This document shows, piece after piece, positions 1 through 7,147 of a stretch of 64,000 bases of DNA. Each line of letters begins with the position of its first letter. The stretch's first letter is position 1. The stretch is from a virus (taxonomy: Duplodnaviria; Caudoviricetes), in the IMG/VR virus record IMGVR_UViG_3300035522_000179, positions 32,001 through 96,000 of that record; one strand, given 5' to 3'. The notes beneath the pieces are model-generated. The model saw nothing but the letters and a program-made list of their open reading frames with translations, searched no databases and was not told the DNA's origin. The position numbers were made by a program, and so were the translations under genes.

Positions 1-118
1 TTTTAAAACTATCATCTGCTTCGACAGTAGAGGTATCAGTTACCTCAGTATTGTCGTAGATAAAAGTCTCGACATGAGGGAATTGCCACTTAGGGACAAT
101 CTGAATTTCTGACGCCAT
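1..118 (-). CDS. 5' end of a late gene (MASEIQIVPKWQFPHVETFIYDNT...), possibly tail sheath; runs off window
   Basis: ATG at 118 with AGGAGG RBS and AACA-N6-TA motif at 162-173; N-terminus is reminiscent of jumbo-phage sheath starts (recollection only). Confidence 0.35.
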   Translation of the reverse strand, partial: MASEIQIVPKWQFPHVETFIYDNTEVTDTSTVEADDSFK

Positions 119-206
119 AATTGACGACCTCCTTTTTACATTTTTCAATAAAATATTGATTTAATTATTTGTTTTTAAAAAGAGACGGTCTTCTTGTAAG
201 AAAAAA

Positions 207-932
207 TCACATTTTAATGGTCTCTTCCACCGGAGAAAACGTTTCTTTTCCTTTCTTTCTTGCTCGGTTAATCGACGTTGTAATCATGGTATCCATATCC
301 TCAAACGTAATGGATGAGAAGGTGGATGCATACTGACAAATCTGTCTAATCCCAACGGTTTCATAATCATTTGCAGAAATCGATAAATCACTTCCATATA
401 AGGAAGCGAAGGTCTGAGATAAGTCTTTGGGATTTCGGTAATTTAGGGAAAGTACCATTTCCTCTACTTCCGATCTTACACCAAAACCCACATTATTCGT
501 TCTTTGGTTTTTTGTCCATAGTTCCGCGGTTTTGTCATAAGGAATGGATTTTGGAATTTTTCCATCCATGACAATATCCAAGTACTGCAATGAATTTTGA
601 GAATCTTGAATGACTTTGGCATCCATGACTTTCATTCCTCGGTGATATCTTAATACCTTACAAGGTACTCCCTTCTCTTGTGGGAAATCCTTCACTTCGT
701 TTGAGGAATTGTACACATACATCTTAATCTGATAAGGATGTTTTGTAACTTCGTACTTTTTGAAATTTCCGTTTTCAAAAATTCCTGCGTAAAACAAACC
801 TAGAGTTTCGATATAGGAAGAATAGTCTACCGCATATTTTTTCTGCTCATCAAAAAAAGCAAGAGGAATATAGAATTCCATGTAGTCATCATCCAAATAG
901 ATAAACGTATGGTCTGTATGAAAATGTGACAC
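207..932 (-). CDS. Probable virion RNA polymerase beta' C-terminal subunit (SPN3US gp244/phiKZ gp176-like)
   Basis: 241 aa; C-terminal STFSSITFEDMDTMITTSI...SPVEETI resembles the beta' C-terminal region; size fits my recollection of that subunit; late motif at 971-982. Confidence 0.5.
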   Translation of the reverse strand: MSHFHTDHTFIYLDDDYMEFYIPLAFFDEQKKYAVDYSSYIETLGLFYAGIFENGNFKKYEVTKHPYQIKMYVYNSSNEVKDFPQEKGVPCKVLRYHRGMKVMDAKVIQDSQNSLQYLDIVMDGKIPKSIPYDKTAELWTKNQRTNNVGFGVRSEVEEMVLSLNYRNPKDLSQTFASLYGSDLSISANDYETVGIRQICQYASTFSSITFEDMDTMITTSINRARKKGKETFSPVEETIKM

Positions 933-1123
933 GGTTTATACCCCCTTTCTTAGATTCTCATTTTTGAGCTTAAAGGACTGTTTTTATTCAAAAAATTCAG
1001 AAATCGAAGAAATGTAATCTGTAAGAAAAATAGAAATATATTATAGTGATGACTAAGTATCAGGGGTTTGTATATAGTTATAGTTGAGGGGGACAACCCC
1101 TTTTACTTTTTTATACAAAAAAA

Positions 1124-1155
1124 AGAAGATAGATACCAATTGGTATCTATCTTCT
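1124..1155. terminator. 32-bp perfect palindrome, probable terminator
   Basis: AGAAGATAGATACCAA/TTGGTATCTATCTTCT with adjacent A tract, just downstream of minus-strand gene 1166..1642. Confidence 0.75.
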
Positions 1156-1165
1156 AAATAGAAAT

Positions 1166-1642
1166 TCAAATCATTTCAAGTAACAAATCTCTTTCTTCTT
1201 CACTGATTTCTCCATACCGACAAGATTCGTAAATCTCCAAACGAAGATCATCCGTAGATTCTTTGATTCCTTTGAGTTTTTTCTGTGCATCCAGATATCT
1301 GCCTGCTTTGTATTTTTCTTCCGGAGATTCTCCCTCATTGCCATGATACTGCATCCAGTTGCTTTTCGTGTTTTTTGCATATTGTTTGCCGGCATCACTC
1401 TTACATCCACGAGGACTGTATTTTGTGATATCAGACCCAAGTCTATTAAATGCATCAGTTTTTATAGCACTCATTTTGGTATGATAGTAATCAGCTTTTT
1501 TATGTGCAAGATTAGTATTCATACTATCAAATATGTCACGTTTTTTCCTTGCTTTGATATATTCATCCTGTAATTTATTCGCCCATTTGTTATACGCATT
1601 TGCTTCCATCACGACATCATACAATTCATCAAAATTAGCCAT
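1166..1642 (-). CDS. Tagged-family protein type A (MANFDELYDVVMEA... / ...IYESCRYGEISEEERDLLLEMI), putative internal head protein
   Basis: Paralog of 2712, 6587 and 11620 genes: conserved ends, variable middle. Confidence 0.8.
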   Translation of the reverse strand: MANFDELYDVVMEANAYNKWANKLQDEYIKARKKRDIFDSMNTNLAHKKADYYHTKMSAIKTDAFNRLGSDITKYSPRGCKSDAGKQYAKNTKSNWMQYHGNEGESPEEKYKAGRYLDAQKKLKGIKESTDDLRLEIYESCRYGEISEEERDLLLEMI

Positions 1643-1734
1643 AATTATTTCCCTCTCTTTTTACAGATTTTATTGGTCTACATTTCTGTACCTGTATAAA
1701 ACAATAATACTAAAGTATTATTGTTTTATACAGG
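1596..1734 (+). repeat. 139-bp module identical to 12092..12230 (type A gene start + leader + palindrome)
   Basis: Direct base-by-base comparison. Confidence 0.9.
1691..1734 (+). repeat. 44-bp palindrome, copy 1 (AA core)
   Basis: CCTGTATAAAACAATAATACT-AA-AGTATTATTGTTTTATACAGG, perfect 21-bp arms. Confidence 0.97.
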
Positions 1735-1792
1735 AGGAAAAAACTTTTTATAAAAATTTATCATCCCCTCCTGTTTTTAAATCCCTAGAAAA

Positions 1793-1804
1793 AACAAATT
1801 AATA
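1793..1804 (+). promoter_or_regulatory. Late promoter motif AACA-N6-TA (representative; 17 copies listed in findings)
   Basis: AACA-AATTAA-TA upstream of gene 1853; same spacing recurs upstream of structural genes. Confidence 0.75.
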
Positions 1805-1852
1805 AATGATTTCAAAAACGAAAAAAATAAGAAAGATAAAGGAGAAAAAGAA

Positions 1853-2578
1853 ATGGAACAGCCATATACACCTAGGAAATCAAAGGACGAATTGAAATCC
1901 GTAAGGTTCGTATTAAAAGATGTTAAGAAAAGAGTTCAGCAAGCAAAAAAAAACGGGGACGTAGATGAATTAGAAAAATGCAATGAAAAAATAGATGTAC
2001 TAATCGATCATATGAAAAAAGTAAAATTGAATGGGATAGGGTTTGAAGAACAGAGAAAAACGTATGCAAATATGTCTAAATTGTCGTTAGAAATTGGAGC
2101 AGTTTTTGGTTTGATGTATGTGGCACAAGGTAAATTACTAGAGAAATTTATGAAGAAATCTATCGAGAATCGTTCAATTGAATATAGTGCAGTTTATACG
2201 TGCCCTCCTAGCAAAGAACGAGATAAATTAGAGGAAGAGTGTGACAGACGATATGATAGAGATTATAAAATTGCTTCTAATTGGGAAAGCATGAAGGATT
2301 TAACTGGAATCATATCTATGGGAGGTGCTGTAGGAGCTATAGAGACCGGAATAGAAAGTACCGGTGGGGCAAGATTACAAATGAAAATGAATAAACAGAT
2401 AAAAATTCTTGAAAAAATGAGTAGAGAGTTAAAAGCAGAAATCCAGCAATTGAAATCTCAACAGCGTGGTATAAAAGAGTCTGTGAATGATGTAAGACTT
2501 GAGATTTATGAGTCTTGCTATTACGGTGATATTACAGAGGACGAGAGAGATCTGCTTCTGGATATGATTGAAGAGTAA
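1853..2578 (+). CDS. Tagged-family protein (C-terminal tag only; hydrophobic segments and coiled coil)
   Basis: Ends IKESVNDVRLEIYESCYYGDITEDERDLLLDMIEE; AAGGAG RBS. Confidence 0.8.
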   Translation: MEQPYTPRKSKDELKSVRFVLKDVKKRVQQAKKNGDVDELEKCNEKIDVLIDHMKKVKLNGIGFEEQRKTYANMSKLSLEIGAVFGLMYVAQGKLLEKFMKKSIENRSIEYSAVYTCPPSKERDKLEEECDRRYDRDYKIASNWESMKDLTGIISMGGAVGAIETGIESTGGARLQMKMNKQIKILEKMSRELKAEIQQLKSQQRGIKESVNDVRLEIYESCYYGDITEDERDLLLDMIEE

Positions 2579-2628
2579 TATAAAACTAGATAGAATCATT
2601 ATTTGATTCTATCTAGTTTTTTCTTTTC

Positions 2629-2675
2629 CTGTAAAAATAACAATCTATCTAATAGATAGATTGTTATTTTTACAG
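2629..2675. repeat. Variant 47-bp palindrome followed by the TTTTATACAGG half-site
   Basis: CTGTAAAAATAACAATCTATCTA-A-TAGATAGATTGTTATTTTTACAG, perfect 23-bp arms, upstream of gene 2712. Confidence 0.85.
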
Positions 2676-2711
2676 TTTTATACAGGTAGAGTATTATAAG
2701 GAGGATTATAA

Positions 2712-3248
2712 ATGAGTAGATTTGATGAATTGTATGATGTGGTGATGGAAGCAAATGCGTATAACAAATTGGCGAATAATTTAAAAGATGAGTATGATAG
2801 AGAACGCAAGAAACGTGATAGTTATCGTCGTCGTTTAAGAAATTTGTCACCTGATAATCTCCTAATTAACAAAGCTGATTATAATACTAACAAAGTTGAT
2901 TATACTAACAAAGCTAATTATCATGATACAAAAATGCATGTTGCAGATACGGCGTACTATAATCAGATCGGTGGTAATATCCAAGATTACTGTCCTCACG
3001 GGAATAGATTTGGTACTTGCGAAGATTATAGAATTGCAAGAAAGAAGAAGAAAGAGTGGATGAAAAACCATGGAAATGTTGGAAAATCTCCGGAAGAGCG
3101 ATACAAAGAAGGCAGATATTTAGACCAACAGAAAGAACTCAAAGGAATCAAAGAATCTGTGGATGATATCCGTTTGGAGATTTATGAATCCTGTCGGTAT
3201 GGAGATATCTCGGAAGAAGAAAGAGATTTGTTATTGGAAATGATTTAA
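2712..3248 (+). CDS. Tagged-family protein type A (MSRFDELYDVVMEA...)
   Basis: Shared N- and C-terminal blocks; GAGGA RBS. Confidence 0.8.
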   Translation: MSRFDELYDVVMEANAYNKLANNLKDEYDRERKKRDSYRRRLRNLSPDNLLINKADYNTNKVDYTNKANYHDTKMHVADTAYYNQIGGNIQDYCPHGNRFGTCEDYRIARKKKKEWMKNHGNVGKSPEERYKEGRYLDQQKELKGIKESVDDIRLEIYESCRYGDISEEERDLLLEMI

Positions 3249-3290
3249 AGAATCTAGAAGAGATATATTAATATATCTCTTCTAGATTCT
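3249..3290. terminator. 42-bp perfect palindrome between convergent genes
   Basis: AGAATCTAGAAGAGATATATT/AATATATCTCTTCTAGATTCT. Confidence 0.75.
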
Positions 3291-3296
3291 ATTTTT

Positions 3297-4637
3297 TCAG
3301 ATCATCATTATTAGCTCATCTCTATCTTGCTCTGTTATCAATCCGTCATTAAATGATTCCATAATCATTAATACTGTATCAATATCTGAATCATCTCCAG
3401 ATTCTAATTCCAATGTTCTATCACCAGCATAAAAGTTCGGAAATAATGTTGTAATAATATCAGTTCTTCCTTGGAACATGGTATCAATTGCGGTTCTTGT
3501 TGCTGCAGTAATTACAAGATACTCCCCATTCACATTACCATCCAAATAATTCTGGTAAATCGTTTGAAGATCATTTATGCTTTCTTGAATCTCTTTTTTT
3601 ACTTTAGGATTCACGCCCGTTTTTGCGAGTTCTCTTTTCAGAAGTTCGATTGCGATAGTCGTTCTATTGGAAGAACTACCATGCATAGGACTAGTAAACT
3701 CATCTAAAATACTTGCTTCCGCCAATCGAATATCCGTTAATACTCGTATAATTGGGAAAGATGAAACTTTCTTAGTTCTTTTAAATTGCATTGATTGATC
3801 CGATTTATATAAAGCGGAGATAAGTTCTGGTCCATAACCATACGCAATAGCAAAAGAATCCGCAAATTCTTCTGATTTTTTCCCAGGTAACGTAAACAAT
3901 TGACTCACGGGGGATAATAAAACTTCAAGAGGTGTAAAAGGAATATTTATATAGGTGGATAATTTACGGATTTGAAGACCAATCCAATCGCCGGATTTAA
4001 GTAAAAATCCGTAAATAGATTTTATGATTGGAATCTTTTCAAAAATAAAACCTATAATTTTTTCACAAATCATATTAATCCTTCCAGGAATGAACTTTAA
4101 AGAATTCACATTATGAAATAAAGTACTTATCGGATCTATAAAATTTCTTTTTCTTAATTCATTCACAATACGAATGAACTTGATTAACCATGAAACCCCT
4201 TTATAAAAACTAAAATCAAAATTATGACCAATTTCATGCAAGATTAGGGCAGTGTACTCTCTCGGGGTAATGTCAATAGAGCGAACAAGTGCAGTTGATA
4301 AATTGATCAATGCAACGGTAGAGTGCGTTTTGTCATAATACCCTTTTTTTGAATCTATCTCAAACATACATTTTCCGGATACAACAGAATCTATAGAAGA
4401 ATATGTGGCTATTTGAGGAGAGAGTTCGGAATCTTTATACCACATGCAATAGGTTTCTTTAAACCCAAATTGCTTTGTGATTAAATTCTGTAATATTTTA
4501 TTCTCTGTGGAATTAGTTACATCATAATGGGGATCAATTTTAATTTTATCTATTATAATTCCAATTTGTTTTTCAATATTTGGAATCAATCCAGCTTTTC
4601 CGTAATATGCTTCCTGATATACATCAAACTCTTTCAT
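3297..4637 (-). CDS. Zincin-like (HEIGH) putative metallopeptidase with a degenerate family C-terminal tag
   Basis: EYTALILHEIGH, EEFADSFA, C-terminal MESFNDGLITEQDRDELIMMI; late motif at 4678-4689. Confidence 0.65.
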   Translation of the reverse strand: MKEFDVYQEAYYGKAGLIPNIEKQIGIIIDKIKIDPHYDVTNSTENKILQNLITKQFGFKETYCMWYKDSELSPQIATYSSIDSVVSGKCMFEIDSKKGYYDKTHSTVALINLSTALVRSIDITPREYTALILHEIGHNFDFSFYKGVSWLIKFIRIVNELRKRNFIDPISTLFHNVNSLKFIPGRINMICEKIIGFIFEKIPIIKSIYGFLLKSGDWIGLQIRKLSTYINIPFTPLEVLLSPVSQLFTLPGKKSEEFADSFAIAYGYGPELISALYKSDQSMQFKRTKKVSSFPIIRVLTDIRLAEASILDEFTSPMHGSSSNRTTIAIELLKRELAKTGVNPKVKKEIQESINDLQTIYQNYLDGNVNGEYLVITAATRTAIDTMFQGRTDIITTLFPNFYAGDRTLELESGDDSDIDTVLMIMESFNDGLITEQDRDELIMMI

Positions 4638-4806
4638 TTTATATAATTTTTCCTTTCTATTCAGTTACGGTTCATATTAGTATTTTGTTTTGTACATTTT
4701 CAAACTAGCAATTTTAATATAAACATATTTTTAAAATAAAAAATTTGTTTTTATACAGGAATACTTTTTATAGTAAAATCTTTTTATAAAAAGGAGAAAA
4801 ATAACT

Positions 4807-5547
4807 ATGGCTAATTTTGATGAGTTGTATGATATGATTAATGGTGCAACTTATGAATCCATGTTTGAGATTGACGATGATATGGATACAGATGATATTG
4901 CATATATCGAGAGTTGCAGGGATCTTACTGAGTACCTCGAAAAAACACGTATCACAGACAATGATGGAGAAGGTCCTTCTACTTTTAGAGAAAAACTCTC
5001 TAGATTTGCATTTAATAAAAAAGAAGATCTCAGAGAGGGCAAAGCTCGCATACAAGGTGCATTCGACAACGCAAGGATTAAGAAAATTCAGAAAGATATA
5101 GAGAAGAGAGAAAACTCTGATGGTGACGAGACTGTTCCTCAAAAGAAAATTTTTGCTCATTTGAGTAAAGGTGAAATCCTTGCAGGTGTTGGACTCTTAG
5201 CAGCCGCTGGTGTTGCTTCTCTTACCGTGATCAGACATAAGACAAAGAACAAAGAGATTGTTAAGACTGTAGATGATTTGAAGAAAGAGATTGAAGAGAT
5301 CAAGAAGTCTGCTAAAGCAGGTGAAATTTCTGTTAGAGAAGCTTGGAGTGAAACAAGAAGAATTAACAAAGAGATCAAAGCTCTCGAGAAAGCTGCTGAG
5401 GCTGAAGAGAAAGCTAATGCTGCTGAGGAAGCGAAGAAGGCTATGAAGGAGTCTGCTGATGATGTAAGACTTGAGATTTACGAGTCTTGCTATTACGGTG
5501 AGATTTCCGAGGACGAGAGAGATCTGCTTCTGGATCTTATGGACTAA
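4807..5547 (+). CDS. Tagged-family protein (MANFDELYD leader, TM-like helix, coiled coil, C-terminal tag)
   Basis: ILAGVGLLAAAGVASLTVI hydrophobic stretch; ends LEIYESCYYGEISEDERDLLLDLMD; degenerate palindrome/late motif at 4717-4759. Confidence 0.8.
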   Translation: MANFDELYDMINGATYESMFEIDDDMDTDDIAYIESCRDLTEYLEKTRITDNDGEGPSTFREKLSRFAFNKKEDLREGKARIQGAFDNARIKKIQKDIEKRENSDGDETVPQKKIFAHLSKGEILAGVGLLAAAGVASLTVIRHKTKNKEIVKTVDDLKKEIEEIKKSAKAGEISVREAWSETRRINKEIKALEKAAEAEEKANAAEEAKKAMKESADDVRLEIYESCYYGEISEDERDLLLDLMD

Positions 5548-5604
5548 TAAAACAATAAATGACCATGAACTTATCGATTATGATAAGTTCATGGTCATAT
5601 TTTT
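5527..5604 (+). repeat. 78-bp module (LLDLMD-stop + bidirectional terminator 5559..5598) identical to 11536..11613
   Basis: Direct comparison; 17-bp stem ATGACCATGAACTTATC/GATAAGTTCATGGTCAT. Confidence 0.9.
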
Positions 5605-5612
5605 TTATTATG

Positions 5613-6464
5613 TTAAATCATCTCCAAAAGTAAATCTCTTTCTTCTTCCGAGATTTCTCCATACCGACAGGACTCATAAATCTCAAGTTTGATATCATTG
5701 TCAGAAGTAGATTCTTTCATGATTTTAGAAAATACTGCGTTTCTTGCAGATACTTCTCTCATGGTTTCCTCATATCTTTTATCTATTTCAGCAAGACTGG
5801 TCTCGATCTTTGCTTGAACAGCAGGGGAATCAACTTTCACTTTTTTAACTTCTCTATTGAGTTGTATAAGTAATTTTTTCAAATCCTTATAAATCCGATG
5901 CAATTCTGTTACGAGATCATTGTATTTGGTAACTTCTGCATCTATTAATGAAAGTTTTTTTGTAGCATTCACAAATTCCTTTGAATTGTAATTCTTATTC
6001 ATTACTTCAGTTGTATTTGATTTTGCTGAAGAGATTCCTCCAACATCACTGGCAACTTTAGTAATAGATAATCCTCCGTTGGAATTTTCAGTCAATGTTA
6101 CCGTAGGAGCTCCTGATGTTTCAGCGATTATAGCATAAGCCAATGTCATAGTTTCCAGGCGACTGGCATGTTCATTTAATTCCTTCGTAACTTTATTAAT
6201 TTCTTTTTCTTTTTTTAGAATCTCATCCCGAATTGATTTCAATTGCGGATTTTTGTTGTATCCATTCTCTTTTCTCTTATTATCTGTGATGACAAGTCCA
6301 GCAACAAGCCCAACAACAGCAGAGACCAAAGCTCCGATACCTACCATTGGAGCATATTTTTTAATTTTTTGCTTTGTGGCAGGTGACATTTTTTCTACGT
6401 AATAATTATCTTCATTAACCGATTCTACTGTGCAATATAACTCTGTAAATTTATCCATATTCAT
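5613..6464 (-). CDS. Tagged-family protein type B (MNMDKFTELY... leader, TM-like helix, long coiled coil, tag)
   Basis: Paralog of 10729..11556; AAGGAG RBS before ATG 6464. Confidence 0.8.
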   Translation of the reverse strand: MNMDKFTELYCTVESVNEDNYYVEKMSPATKQKIKKYAPMVGIGALVSAVVGLVAGLVITDNKRKENGYNKNPQLKSIRDEILKKEKEINKVTKELNEHASRLETMTLAYAIIAETSGAPTVTLTENSNGGLSITKVASDVGGISSAKSNTTEVMNKNYNSKEFVNATKKLSLIDAEVTKYNDLVTELHRIYKDLKKLLIQLNREVKKVKVDSPAVQAKIETSLAEIDKRYEETMREVSARNAVFSKIMKESTSDNDIKLEIYESCRYGEISEEERDLLLEMI

Positions 6465-6538
6465 TTTCTCCTTTTTAGAATAAGAATGAGTCAACCTGTA
6501 TAAAACAATAATACTTTAGTATTATTGTTTTATACAGG
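6385..6538 (-). repeat. 154-bp module, inverted copy of 10655..10808 (1 mismatch)
   Basis: Palindrome + leader + codons through YYVEKMS. Confidence 0.9.
6495..6538 (-). repeat. 44-bp palindrome, copy 2 (TT core on + strand, opposite orientation)
   Basis: Identical arms; lies between divergent type B and type A genes. Confidence 0.97.
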
Positions 6539-6586
6539 TACAGAAAGCAGATTAGTACAAATATAAAAAAAGAGAGGGAAATAATT

Positions 6587-7096
6587 ATGGCTAATTTTGA
6601 TGAATTATATGATGTTGTAATGGAAGCAAATGCGTATAACAAATGGGCGAATAAATTGAAAAATGAGTATGATGATCATATGAAATCATATCATGATAAT
6701 CAAGACAAAATAATAAATAATAATAAATCCATTTTTGACCCCAGATCTAAAGTATGGGGGTATGCGGCAGATGCTAAAAAACATTTCAATGCCGCATATG
6801 ATATCGAGGATCAATATCGTTCTCAGACTGGTGAAAAAGAAATGAATTATTCACCACACGGAGACGAAAGAAGTGTTTATCAATCTTCTGTTCCGAAGCA
6901 AACTTGGATGAAAAAACATGGAAATGTTGGAAAATCTCCGGAAGAGAGATACAAACCAAATCGTTATTTAAACATCCAACAAAAAATAAATGGGACGAAG
7001 GAATCTGCAAATGATATTCGTTTGGAGATCTATGAGTCTTGTCGGTATGGAGAAATCAGTGAAGAGGAAAGAGATTTACTTTTGGAAATGATTTAA
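6587..7096 (+). CDS. Tagged-family protein type A
   Basis: MANFDELYDVVMEANAYNKWANKL...IYESCRYGEISEEERDLLLEMI. Confidence 0.8.
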   Translation: MANFDELYDVVMEANAYNKWANKLKNEYDDHMKSYHDNQDKIINNNKSIFDPRSKVWGYAADAKKHFNAAYDIEDQYRSQTGEKEMNYSPHGDERSVYQSSVPKQTWMKKHGNVGKSPEERYKPNRYLNIQQKINGTKESANDIRLEIYESCRYGEISEEERDLLLEMI

Positions 7097-7104
7097 AGTA
7101 ATAA

Positions 7105-7143
7105 AAATCTGGTAAAGGAATTTTAAATTCCTTTACCAGATTT
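7105..7143. terminator. Bidirectional hairpin (19-bp arms)
   Basis: AAATCTGGTAAAGGAATTT-T-AAATTCCTTTACCAGATTT between convergent genes. Confidence 0.75.
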
Positions 7144-7147
7144 GTTT

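Noticed and set aside
6495-6538. Protelomerase (telRL) site
   Set aside because: Such sites are normally single-copy and next to the protelomerase gene; here there are four copies tied to gene starts and no such gene is seen.
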